Notes: generated from the sequence alone by a model not told the origin. 62,962 nucleotides of DNA, filler included, from Octopus bimaculoides (GCF_001194135.2; 5 parts of 4 records of this genome joined end to end with filler, not necessarily neighbours in it); one strand, 5' to 3'; positions 13,493-25,039 are shown, counted from the first letter of the whole stretch. A program made the numbers and translations.

Positions 13493-13664
13493 CATACATA
13501 TAAATACACGACGAGCTTCTTTTAGTTTCCGTCTACCAAATCCACTCACAAGGCTTCGGTCGGTCCGAAGCTTTAGTAGAAGTCACTTGCCCAAGGTGCC
13601 ATGCAATGGGACTGAACCCGGAACCATGTGGTTGGGAAGCAAGCTTCTTACTGCGCAGCCACTC
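13335..13664 (-). mobile_element. SINE family B with internal (TACA)n
   Basis: Tail, microsatellite, head architecture. Confidence 0.88.
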
Positions 13665-14437
13665 ATATATTTACACTACACACACACACACACACATTTA
13701 TATGTATGTATGTATATATGTAAATGAATATGTATATATATTTATTTACATACATGCACGTGTATATATGTATATATATTCGCTTATATTAATATGTATA
13801 TACGCATACACACACAGATTAGTATAAGTATATGTACGCATATATACTTATATATATATATACATAAGTATACTCTTGTATAAATATGTAACTTTGCACA
13901 GATATATGTACATACATATATACAGACATACGTAGATATCTGCATACACACACACACACACGCAGACACGCACACACATGTATATATATTTACACATATC
14001 TGTGTATGCGCATACACATACATACACACACACGCGCGTACGTACATTCAGATATATATGTATTAATATTTGTATGCATCTTCAAATCGTGGTGATGAAT
14101 ACATTGATATGTTTGCCCAAGTAAAAAGAATTGATCTGTTATGAGCGATACACAGCTTCCGGTTAAATATATCATATTCTGTCATTTCCCTTTCAAATAT
14201 CAACGCCATTTTCTTTTTACATTTTTCTCATACTTTTCCTTTTTGTATTGTTATAGTTTGCCTTGTTTGCTTCGTCGTTGTTTTTGTTGCTGTTGTTTTT
14301 GTTGCTGTTGTTTTTGTTATTCATGTTGTCATCACTGCCGTTGTTCCCGTTGTTGTTGTTGTTGTTGCTCTAGGCGTTTTTTTTCTTTCTGTTCATGTTA
14401 CTATTATACTTTTATTCTTGTTATTATTAGTAGTAAT

Positions 14438-14950
14438 AAGGTAGCGAGCTAACAGATTTGTTATCACGCCGGACAAAATTGTTTGCAACATTTCTCCCGG
14501 CTTTACAATCTGAGTTCAAATTTCGCCGAGGCGGACGACACCAGGTAGCCATCCGATTGGGAAGAACGTCTGCCTGCTCGCCTGGCCAGCGGTGAGGTAT
14601 CATTCGAAAGCAGAAGCGCATTGTGACCAGCGATATATAACAACATCTAATAATCTGGTCAATCACGTGAATCACACTGCAATCTCCCTTCCTTCTTCCT
14701 TCTCGAGTTAGCCCCAGGAAAATCATCGATTTCAGCTGGTTATCGACGCACAACGACCGTTTTACAAAATAAAGATTAAGGCCAAATCCATCTTCTGGTT
14801 ACTTAAGGAATTGTTATTATTATTATTATTATTTCAACTAACACTGCGGAGTTCCTAAAGTAGATCCAACTGAAATATACCCCCGACTGCTTTTCAACTT
14901 TTCGGGGTCGATGAAATACCAGTTGAGTATTGAGGTATTAACATCGTCCT
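14438..14950 (+). mobile_element. SINE family A split by ~350 bp of other repeat sequence
   Basis: Head 14438-14537, core resumes ~14890. Insert includes an unclassified repeat at 14565-14675 ending tcacgtga. Confidence 0.55.
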
Positions 14951-15214
14951 AATCAGGACTGCCACTACGTTAGCAAACCTCTCTCTCTCCCTCTCTCTCT
15001 CCCTCTCTCTCTCACTCTCTCTCTCTCCCTCTCCCCCCTCTCTCTCTATCTATCTATATATATATATATAATATACGACGGGCTTCTTCGACTTTCCGGC
15101 CNNNNNNNNNNNNNNNNNNNNNNNNNNNNNNNNNNNNNNNNNNNNNNNNNNNNNNNNNNNNNNNNNNNNNNNNNNNNNNNNNNNNNNNNNNNNNNNNNNN
15201 NNNNNNNNNNNNNN

Positions 15215-15246
<32 letters not shown>

Positions 15247-15262
15247 ATATATATATATAATA

Positions 15263-15940
15263 TACGACGGGCTTCTTCGACTTTCCGGCCACCAAGCCCA
15301 TTCACAAGGCTTTGGTTGGCCTGGGGCTATTGTAGAAGACACTTGCCTAAAGTGCCACACTCTGGGATTGAACACAGAACCATGTGGTTGGGAAGCAAGC
15401 TTCTTACCACACTGCCACGGCTGTTAGAGGCTGTACTATTATTAATTGCTTGTAGGGACACCGCATTTCGTTTTGCAATCATATCTTGCTACCAAGTATA
15501 TTAAAGATTTGATAACCTTTAATATACCTGTTTGCAAGACGAAATACTGTGTCTCTAGCAGCAATTAATATTTACGTACCAGTTCCCAGAAATGTGTCTA
15601 ATATGTAAAACTGGTGTATCCAATAATCTTACACTACTATAGGGTAAAGACCCTCTTCGGTCATGAATGACCATGGGATTGCACTTAGAAAGTTACCCTC
15701 GGAGAGGCAAGTCCAGGCAAGGTTGTTTATGGAAGATCCACAGTCGTCCATGTATACCAGCCTCCTCTCTCTGTATACACGACGGGTTTCTTTCAGTTTC
15801 CGTCTTCCAAGCCCTGTCACAAAGCCTTGGTTGGCCTAAGGCTATAGTAGAAGACATTTGCCCAAGGAGTCACGCAGTAGGACTGAACCCGGAACCATGT
15901 GCTTGGGAAGCAAACTTCTTTCACACAACCACGACTGCAC
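15263..15940 (-). mobile_element. Two SINE family B heads (15263-15420, 15778-15940) and an unclassified SINE-like tail (15643-15772)
   Basis: B heads match other copies. The 15643 segment is single-copy here and recognised from memory only. Confidence 0.7.
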
Positions 15941-15942
15941 CT

Positions 15943-15997
<55 letters not shown>

Positions 15998-16323
15998 NNN
16001 NNNNNNNNNNNNNNNNNNNNNNNNNNNNNNNNNNNNNNNNNNNNNNNNNNNNNNNNNNNNNNNNNNNNNNNNNNNNNNNNNNNNNNNNNNNNNNNNNNNN
16101 NNNNNNNNNNNNNNNNNNNNNNNNNNNNNNNNNNNNNNNNNNNNNNNNNNNNNNNNNNNNNNNNNNNNNNNNNNNNNNNNNNNNNNNNNNNNNNNNNNNN
16201 NNNNNNNNNNNNNNNNNNNNNNNNNNNNNNNNNNNNNNNNNNNNNNNNNNNNNNNNNNNNNNNNNNNNNNNNNNNNNNNNNNNNNNNNNNNNNNNNNNNN
16301 NNNNNNNNNNNNNNNNNNNNNNN

Positions 16324-16360
<37 letters not shown>

Positions 16361-16367
16361 ATCGTGC

Positions 16368-16407
<40 letters not shown>

Positions 16408-17132
16408 CAAATAATATGTGAGTATATGCGCATGCACACACACACACACACACACGTATATATGCATGTTGTTATCGTTAATACGGAATGGAATGTGAGG
16501 AATTTACGTTGGAAATAAAAGAATTTGTAAAATTAGAAAAGTTAATTGAAACATGAAAATCTCCATTAAAGACAATAAAGCGGAAATGGAGAGCACTGAC
16601 ATGCGCATGTCTGTATATTTATTGATTATGTGTGTGTGTGTGGGCGTTGTATGATTCTGTGTATGTGTGTGTACGTGTGCTTATGAGTATATGTGTTTGC
16701 ATGCCTGTGGATATGGACATTATGCTTGTATACCATACATGTTCACAAATATACACACATTAACACATGCACATGTAGACACATACACACAGACACACAC
16801 AGACTCACACAAACACACACTCACACACACACACACACACACGCACACATACGTTGAGGCACATACACACATTCACACGTTCAAGCACACATGTGAATAT
16901 GTATATACACGAACATACGCAGTGTATAATGTTTGGTGTGATATGGAAAAGCAAGAAATCGAAATACAGAAATGAATATGTGGAGGATTTAATCAGTTAG
17001 ATAGATAGAAAGAGAGATAGATAGATATATATAGATAGAGAGAGAGAAAGAGAGAGAAAGAGAGATAGAGAGAGTGGTAGATAGACAGAGGGACAGATAG
17101 AGAGTGAGATAAAAGAGGGATAGATAGAGAGG

Positions 17133-17168
<36 letters not shown>

Positions 17169-17293
17169 CAGACAGATAAATAGAAACGTAAATAGAGAAA
17201 CACAGATTGAAGACTGTGAAGTAGAGGGTATGAGGTTGAGAGAGAGAGANNNNNNNNNNNNNNNNNNNNNNNNNNNNNNNNNNNNNNNNNNNN

Positions 17294-17305
17294 TTAATTA
17301 ATTAA
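17294..17305. other. Artificial scaffold-join linker TTAATTAATTAA (also 26101-26112, 50154-50165, 60417-60428)
   Basis: Each copy is flanked by exactly 44 N on both sides (100 bp total) and gives stops in all six frames. Confidence 0.95.
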
Positions 17306-17349
17306 NNNNNNNNNNNNNNNNNNNNNNNNNNNNNNNNNNNNNNNNNNNN

Positions 17350-17621
17350 AAGTGACGGGGACATAAACACACCAGCATCGGTTGTCAAGCAATGCTAGGA
17401 GGACAAACACAGACACACAAACACACACACACATATATATATATATATACATATATACGACGGGCTTCTTTCAGTTTCCGTCTACCAAATCCACTCACAA
17501 GGCTTTGGTCGGCCCGAGGCTATAGTTGAAGACACTTGCCCAAGGTGCCACGCAGTGGGACTGAACCCGGAACCATGTGGTTGGTAAGCAAGCTACTTAC
17601 CACACAGCCACTCCTGCGCCT
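17350..17621 (-). mobile_element. SINE family B, near-consensus
   Basis: Tail part, (CA)n(TA)n, intact head. Confidence 0.9.
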
Positions 17622-17897
17622 ATATACATATACATATTTACATAAGAATCCGTTATCAGTAGGTACAGTACATTATTCCTATTAAAGAATGTATAAGAAG
17701 AGTAATTATAAAAGCAAAATAGGAGCAAGCAATAGAGTTTGAGAGGAGTACAACTTTGTAGAAAGGAAAAGGTATATGAAAGGACGTGTGTGTGTGTGTG
17801 TGTAATATAATATGTGACAATTATTCGGTTGCCATAATAAGACTTCGAGTTATGAATGCGGCCGGTACTAAAGATAGTGAAGCTCTAGTTTCGCCTA

Positions 17898-17966
<69 letters not shown>

Positions 17967-18155
17967 TTGTACAGGGTTTATATAAATACATATTTTATTT
18001 TAAGAAATATTGTTACACGTTTTTCGATTATTTATTTATTTATTGTTAAACAAGTATTTTTTTTATATATATTTAGTTGAAATTTATTATAAGTTACAAT
18101 ACGTATATTGATTTTTTTTATTATTATTCCTGTTGTTATTTATATTTTATTTTAG

Positions 18156-18160
18156 ACCTG
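18156..18160 (+). CDS. Candidate 5-nt microexon (ACCTG)
   Basis: Long U-rich tract + tttag|ACCTG|gtgagt, 1.1 kb upstream of exon 19299. Would read (D/N/H/Y)L in phase 1 to 0. Confidence 0.35.
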
Positions 18161-18568
18161 GTGAGTGACTATAATTTTGAATAGATTTAATTGTAGATCG
18201 ATTTGATTATTAATCGAATTATTAATAGAATTGGTTTTATTAGTTATCTATTTGAAAATATAGCCACGAAACGTGCGTAGTCATTTTTATACCATTTACC
18301 ATTTACTAGTTATTCTTTTATTTAATTTATTGATTTTTAGAATAAGTTTTTATGATATATTTATTTTCTGGAGGGTATGAATTACATTCTTCATTATTGA
18401 ATTATTTAATAGTGGTTTTTCTCCAAATTGGTGGTGCACCAGCATGACCGCAGCCACTTGGCTGAAACACATAAATAAATAAAAAAATATATATATTTTA
18501 TATTGGGAAATTTGATTTAGTTTTGCTAAATTGAATTTTTTCCTGTAAGTTTTGGATTGTTTCCCTAA

Positions 18569-18604
<36 letters not shown>

Positions 18605-18771
18605 NNNNNNNNNNNNNNNNNNNNNNNNNNNNNNNNNNNNNNNNNNNNNNNNNNNNNNNNNNNNNNNNNNNNNNNNNNNNNNNNNNNNNNNNNNNNNNNN
18701 NNNNNNNNNNNTATATATATATAAATATTTGCTACAGCAAATATTCTTTTCAGTACCACAGATTTACTTCT

Positions 18772-19190
18772 CAGTTGTTTGACCTTGACCAGTTGAGAAT
18801 GTGATTTGGTGGCTAACAATATGTGCATCACTGATCACGAGCAGAAGTAGTGGGGAGGATCATAGCCATGTGTTGAGAGGAATTCTTTGAGGTTTGAATA
18901 ATTCACCTTCGGAAACATGTATGTTTCGTTCATCATACTTAAATAAACCTTATTCAGGGAACATTTGAGCCGGTTGGGCTACTCGGCCTAAAGAAAATTC
19001 TAACTGGGCCCCACCTGCAACGTAATGCCCAGTTTATCTTGATATGAGATCACCATGTCGCGCGCATGTGAGTGTGATACATGTGCCTGGTGTACCCTTA
19101 TCAGACAGGTGGTCATGATGGGCATATTGGCTTTCGTATATTTGTACCCCAGTGTCACATTGATGACATGCATTGCCCTCTTACTGAATG
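18772..19190 (+). repeat. Unclassified interspersed repeat F (internally deleted copy at 4320-4635)
   Basis: Shared caatatgtgcatc.ctgat...catagccat...tttgaataattcacct..ggaaacatg and cctggtgta.cctta...ttcgtata.ttgtacccca. Confidence 0.75.
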
Positions 19191-19239
19191 ATGGTGATGA
19201 TGATGATGATGATGATGATGATGACGATGATGATGGTGG

Positions 19240-19278
<39 letters not shown>

Positions 19279-19298
19279 CGGTGATGATTTTCTTTTAG

Positions 19299-19462
19299 GC
19301 GAAACTGGTGATTTATGAAAACCAAACTGCTGTAGTTAATATGGTGTTCGATGGACGAAATACAACCCTTGAGAGCTGGTTCTCTCTTGAAACGCTGAAA
19401 AGTTCCCCTTGGCCCGACCTACATCAACAACCTGTCAATATCTTCTCACTTTTTGGAGCTGC
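19299..19462 (+). CDS. Internal coding exon of host gene (uncharacterised Cys/Trp-rich domain), phase 0 to 2
   Basis: Acceptor ttttcttttag, donor GC|gtatgt. 164 nt, open: AKLVIYENQTAVVNMVFDGRNTTLESWFSLETLKSSPWPDLHQQPVNIFSLFGA(A). Phase matches exon 21397. Confidence 0.88.
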
Positions 19463-19798
19463 GTATGTAACTTTTATCACTCTGTGTCTTTTAGTTGCTA
19501 ATTTTTAAATTCTCAGTTCAAAAGTTTTCGTGATCAACTTTCTCTTCTATCCTACTGGTGTCTATGAATAAAATACTAGTGAAGTACAATGTCTACATAA
19601 TCAACTATATACACTTCCCTTAAATTCCTAACGATGTAATCAATACTATCAGTCTAATCCCGTAATTAGCTTTATCAATTGATATTCATCTCCCTTAGCT
19701 CCAGATTAGACTTGTTGCATTATTTTATATCACCTCGTCGAAATAATCGAATTTCGCTTGTGAACCCACTGCCAACATGTGTACATGCTCGCGCGCAT

Positions 19799-20145
19799 AC
19801 ATACATACATACATACATATGGTATATGGTGGTTGTCTACTCCTTAAACAGAGTTTGACCACCTCCTGCACCTACACCTTAGCCCTTTCATGGCGTCTGA
19901 TGTGGCTTTTTAAACCAGACAGTGTTTTGAAAAAAACACCCACACAGATTGCACCTCTGATTTGCACTACCAATACCTGCAAGTAAGTTCTGCTCATTGT
20001 GGATCCTAACATGTCTTTTAAGACCTCCATTGGATTTGCAAACCCTCTGGCACACACCACATTCAAACGTGTGCACAGACATATAATCAGAATAGCTGGA
20101 TGAGGTTTGTTTTCCATGTTTTACATGTGTGTATCTGTGAAGGTA
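19799..20145 (-). mobile_element. 3' end of RTE-like LINE with C2H2 zinc fingers (frameshifted)
   Basis: ...HRYTHVKH...FECGVCQRVCKSNGGLKRHVRIH...RCNLCGCF/FKTLSGLKSHIRRH...V*. +1 T in a T7 run; short UTR then (TATG)n. Confidence 0.65.
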
Positions 20146-20374
20146 CTTGCTCTAGTGGTCAAGATATTCAACTCGGGATTATAAATTCCTGGTTTCAATT
20201 GCTCGACCAGTTTTACGCGCTACTAATTCATTGAACAGGAATTTCGTTTAACCAAACAACTGAATACTATTAGACGTTTTCGAAACAGACCGAGATCCAT
20301 TTACTTACGAATAAATATAATAAAATTTGTATTTTGCTTCCTTTTCCGATCCTGCAAAAAAAAAACATAGTTAA

Positions 20375-20835
20375 TGATTTTAAATTCTCAATCGCAGAAT
20401 AATGCTAATAATATAGCCTGAACAGGATAAACTTCCCCTATTTTGCAGAGAAAAGTGTAGGTGGCTACCTGGGGGCTCGAACTCACATCCCCGTGATTAC
20501 GCGTCACGATGCTTTGACCGATTAAGCTAAACTACCCACTACAAATTCCTCTGCAAATTAAGATATATAAATCTCGCTTTTATGAGACTTATTTACGTTT
20601 GTCGTAATTTGAATTTAACATATGAGAGCGTCTCATAAAAGCGAGATTTATATATCTTAATTTGCAGAGGAAATTGTAGTGGGTAGTTTAGCTTAATCGG
20701 TCAAAGCATCGTGACATGTAATCACGAGGATGTGAGTTCGAGTCCACAGCTAGCCACCTACACTGTTTCCCATCAAAATAGGGGTAGTTTATCCTGTCCA
20801 GGCTATATTATTCTGCGATTGAGAATTTAAAATCA
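20375..20835. mobile_element. Foldback with ~210-bp inverted arms, each containing a tRNA-Thr-like pseudogene
   Basis: 20375-20588 is the reverse complement of 20630-20835, 41-bp spacer. Confidence 0.85.
20681..20756 (+). pseudogene. tRNA-Thr-like pseudogene (76 nt)
   Basis: Acceptor 6/7 pairs, D stem GCTT/AAGC, anticodon stem CGTGA/TCACG with loop CA-TGT-AA (U33 lost), T stem broken. Inverted twin has loop CG-CGT-AA. Confidence 0.65.
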
Positions 20836-21396
20836 CTTTTTTAACTTTCTAAGACATCTCAACGCCTCTAAAATGCAAACTTCGTTTGTTTATTTACGTT
20901 TGTCGTAATTTTATAGTTAATGATATTTAATGACATATACTTATTTTTTTATGACTGGTGATGATGTTGAATTTGCAAGTCAATCGAAGACTCCATAGGG
21001 ACATTTTGGGAAATTCTTTGGGGATCTGGAATTACAAAAACAGTTAATATAGGCACTGCCTACATAATAACTTCAGCTGCTAGAAATGGCAGTCACTAAA
21101 TATCACTAAAATCACACCATACTGTCGTAAAAATAAAGCTTACTCCACATGTAACAGGAACCGTCCTTTTTGATTATTGTCCTACACACAAGTAATGGTC
21201 TACGAAAGTTTTGGTGGACTATAGAGTAGAAGACACTACTTGTTCAATGTATCACTGAGCAGTGTGGTTCGAACTTCGAAGCCAGGTTGCCTCATATTTA
21301 CGTAATTGCGAGGCAAACTTCTAAACTACAACATCTATTAACGACAGCAACAACAAAACAATAACTACAACTGTGGCTTTTTTCCCCCATTTACAG

Positions 21397-21557
21397 TATT
21401 CGTCGTTTCTATGTGTCATCTGAATATGGAGGCTGTGTTGGAGATTGGGGTTGGATGTTAATCGCCGAAGCCAGGCATATGTGTTATTATGAGCAACTCA
21501 GTAGTTATCCTCAACTTCTCTACTCTAAACGAAATTCGAGAACCCTATGGGATAGCA
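21397..21557 (+). CDS. Internal coding exon of same gene, phase 2 to 1
   Basis: Acceptor ttttttcccccatttacag, donor GCA|gtaagt. 161 nt, open: IRRFYVSSEYGGCVGDWGWMLIAEARHMCYYEQLSSYPQLLYSKRNSRTLWDS. Confidence 0.9.
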
Positions 21558-21607
21558 GTAAGTATTTCTTTAACCTTTTTACTTGGTCTCTCTGCCAACT
21601 TGTTGTT

Positions 21608-21990
21608 GGCACTCCGTCGCTTGCGACGTCGAGAGTTCCAGTTGATGCGATCAACGGAACAGCCTACTTGTGAAATTAACGTGCAAGTGGTGGCTGAGCA
21701 CTCCACAGACACGTGTACCCTTAACGTAGTTCTCGGGGATATTCAGCGTGACACAGAGTGTGACAAGGCTGACCCCTTTGAATTACAGGCACAACAGAAA
21801 CAGGAAGAAAGAGTGAGAGAAAGTTGTGGTGGAAGAGTACAGCAGGGTTCGCCACCATCCCCTTCCGGAGCCTCGTGAAGCTTTAGGTGTTTTCGCTCAA
21901 TAAACACTCACAATGCCTAGTGTAGGAATCGAAACCGCGATCCTATGACCGCGAGTCCGCTGCCCCAACCACTGGGCCATTGTGCCTCCA
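21608..21990 (-). mobile_element. tRNA-derived SINE family C, full length, in host gene intron
   Basis: Head ggaggcacaatggcccagtggtt...gtttcgattcc, long body, tail gcgacggagtgcc(aac)n. Confidence 0.9.
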
Positions 21991-22205
21991 CTCTCTCTGT
22001 CAACTAAAGCAATGANNNNNNNNNNNNNNNNNNNNNNNNNNNNNNNNNNNNNNNNNNNNNNNNNNNNNNNNNNNNNNNNNNNNNNNNNNTCCGTCTCTTG
22101 GTCTCCATAAAATGAAGTATATCATTCAAGCACTGGAACGATTTAATTGACTAAGCCTTCTTTAGCAAAAGTTTTGTCTTATGCCAGTGCTAAAAACTAC
22201 TACTA

Positions 22206-22275
<70 letters not shown>

Positions 22276-22440
22276 TCTACAGGCTTCTTTCAGTTTCCGT
22301 CTACCAAATCTACACATAAATGATTGATTAGTCCGTGGCCTTAATAGAAAACTTTTTACCAAGACACCATGCAGTGGGACTGAAACCGTAACCATGTGAT
22401 TGGGAGGCAAACCTCTCACCACACAGCTTCGCCTGCACCG
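22276..22440 (-). mobile_element. SINE family B head
   Basis: Match to family B. Confidence 0.8.
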
Positions 22441-22523
22441 CACACAGGACTATCAATAATAATATTTGCCATTACCTATGTTCGTGTTGTTCTTATTGTT
22501 GTCCTTATTCGTGTTATTTTCAG

Positions 22524-22576
22524 ATCAGGGAAAAGGTGATTCCATTGCCATCTTTATCCGCTTAAAACCTAGTTAA
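22524..22576 (+). CDS. Terminal coding exon of same gene
   Basis: Acceptor ttattcgtgttattttcag. Phase 1 gives (N)QGKGDSIAIFIRLKPS then TAA at 22574-22576. The D-x-x-A-I-F-I ending fits my recollection of the family pattern. Confidence 0.8.
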
Positions 22577-22739
22577 CCAATCAAAAGATCGCCAGTTACG
22601 AAGTCCATGCCTACAAGGTGACCGCTACCTTTGACTATTTATCAAATATTATAAGTTAATGAAAACCTCACAATATCCATTGGTCCTATACCGTGATTCT
22701 CTTCCTCGCTTATTTCTCATTGTTGTTCTTTTTGTCGTA

Positions 22740-23586
22740 CATACTAGCATATATGTATTACAAGAAAAAATGCGAGCAAGAGAAATGATATTCTTAAAAT
22801 TATAATCCTGGAAAAGGACAGGACAAGTTATCACATCTGGTAAAGTTAAGAACAAGAAAATTTTTTACCTAAAATATTGCAGCTAAGGATAAAATTTCAA
22901 ATAAAATATCTAGATTTAGAGAATATTAGCATTTATTAAAACTAAAAATTTTATTACAAGTTATTACTTCTATTTGTTATTACTTGTTACTTTTATTGAA
23001 AATATAAAAACAAGTAAAATATTTTTTGCATTTAAAAAAAGATAATTTTTTAAATCATTAATGAATAATAAGAAATTTGAAAATAAGTTATAAAAAATAA
23101 TAGTGGTACATAATTAGTACAATAAATAGAATAATACAAAAATTAGTTATATATTACAGTAAACTCTACCTGTAACAATAAATTCACAGTTACTGCCTAA
23201 GTTATTGCCAAGTCTTCACATTTTAGCCTATTTTCTTATATAATGAATTTGCCTACCATTTATAACTATTCTTCTTTGCATAAAACTTTAGCTATATTGG
23301 TACCTCTGGCTCTCATTTTTTAAGTACTCTACCGCATCAATATTTTAACAAAATGATGGTACTGTTTTTAATTATAATGCTACTTTGTAAATTAAAATCA
23401 AATCATTTTCAATATTCAAATTTTAATTTTAGCTGCAATATTTTAAGTAAAAAACTTCTTGTTCTGTACTTTACCAGATGTGATAACTTGTCCTGTACTT
23501 TTCCAGGTTTATAATCTTAAGAATATTATTTCTCTTGCTCGCGTTTTTCCATGTAATTCATGTTTTTTCCAGGCTATGCTAGTATG
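22740..23586. mobile_element. Long-TIR foldback/MITE immediately 3' of the host gene stop codon
   Basis: 22740-22900 is the reverse complement of ~23415-23586; AT-rich ~500-bp interior. Confidence 0.8.
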
Positions 23587-23639
23587 CTAATTAATAATGT
23601 GTCAATTAATAATCTAACATTTTACCTTATTGAAAAGTG

Positions 23640-24698
23640 TCTATCATTTAAGCTTAATCAAAATATAGTTGATTTCTTTTTAAAAATACAAACGTTAATT
23701 ATACTTAAATCCAATTTTTGCCTTACTTATATTTTTCACGATATTTTACCTCACAACTTTTTAATACAAATTTTTGTTGCATGGACCGAAACTATGAAAT
23801 TCCTCGTGCTTTCATCTATCATTTAAGCTAAGGTAAATATATTTTACTTTCAAAATAAAAAAAGTTATTTAGATCTAAACATGGTTGGAGGCGTTACTTA
23901 CAGGGACCAGTCCTCTTCAAAAATGTTAACAGTTTTCGATTTGGTTAAGAACTGAATTAGCGACAAAGCTCTGAAAGATGCTGCATGTGAGTAAATTGCG
24001 GCCTTAAGAATATTATTCAACTACAACTATCCTTGAATGATTCTTTGAGAAGTCTTAAAAACTGAGAAATTCCTGTCAATATAAACTACTACGATTCTGT
24101 TCCTCGACTCGGATATCATAGGACTGTGTTTACATGATATAATTATATTAATTAATGCAGATGACGTAATTAAGGTAAATGCAAATTAGCGATGTTGTCG
24201 ATAATTTTTTTCTTTACCTCAATGATGCCGGTGACATATATTAAAAGTCCCCTTATAGAACTATATTCATTAAAAAAGTATAGAACTTTATTATCACCCT
24301 CAAATTTGAGAAACAAACACTCATAACTTTTTTTTCTTTTAAAATTTAATTGCATGAGATTAATACCATGGAATTCCTTGAATTGAACTCTATCATTTAA
24401 GCTTAATTAAAATAGAGTTTATTTTTTAAATAAAAAAGTTAATTATACTTAAATCCAATTTTTTGCCTTATATTTTTTTCACGATATTTTACCTCACAAC
24501 CNNNNNNNNNNNNNNNNNNNNNNNNNNNNNNNNNNNNNNNNNNNNNNNNNNNNNNNNNNNNNNNNNNNNNNNNNNNNNNNNNNNNNNNNNNNNNNNNNNN
24601 NNNNNNTTATGCCTCTTCAAAGATGTTAACAGTTTCGTTAAGAACTGAATTAGCGACAAACTCAAAGATGCTGCGTGTGAGTAAATTGCGGCCTTAGA
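23640..24698 (+). repeat. Diverged direct duplication (~370-bp unit at 23640-24010 and 24388-24698)
   Basis: Shared blocks tctatcatttaagcttaat...acctcacaac and cctcttcaaa...gtgagtaaattgcggcctta. Confidence 0.75.
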
Positions 24699-24854
24699 AA
24701 TAACTGGTTAAATAATTTCCACATGTACCTAGATATATGTATGTATGTTTATATGTTTGTATGCACGATATAATCAATAAAGAAAAATACGGTGTTTATA
24801 AGCCATTTAAAATAACACACAAAAGTTGTCAGATTCACTTCAACATTTAAATTT

Positions 24855-24910
24855 AATTTGTCAAAATATTTTCGTCGCTTTGAGACCGCGACCTGTTCAC
24901 TGACAAAATT
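24855..24910 (-). ncRNA. Minimal type I hammerhead-ribozyme motif, G3:C8 variant, palindromic helix III
   Basis: Minus strand: tttgtca-GTGAACA-g-gtcgc(ggtctcaaa)gcgac-GAA-AATATT-T-tgacaaa. 7-bp helix I, 5-bp helix II. Confidence 0.6.
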
Positions 24911-25039
24911 CTGTGCTAAAAACCAAGTACTGGGGTGGATGCATTCGACTAAGATCCTTCAAGTCTGTGCTCCAGCATGGCCGCAGTCTAATCCCTGAAA
25001 CAAAAGGAAGGAAAAAGAAAAAGAATATAATTTCCTACT

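Noticed and set aside
15041-15289. Apparent tandem duplication around gap 15102-15214
   Set aside because: Identical sequence on both sides of a gap indicates unmerged overlapping contigs.
17294-17305. TTAATTAATTAA as PacI/homeodomain site or repeat
   Set aside because: Assembly linker in a fixed 44N+12+44N format.
17786-18049. Poly-His ORF with FN3-like YSVA..N.AG stretch
   Set aside because: (CAT)n tract, no splice sites, similarity too short.
20681-20756. Functional tRNA gene
   Set aside because: U33 substituted, T stem broken, embedded in a foldback repeat; kept as pseudogene.
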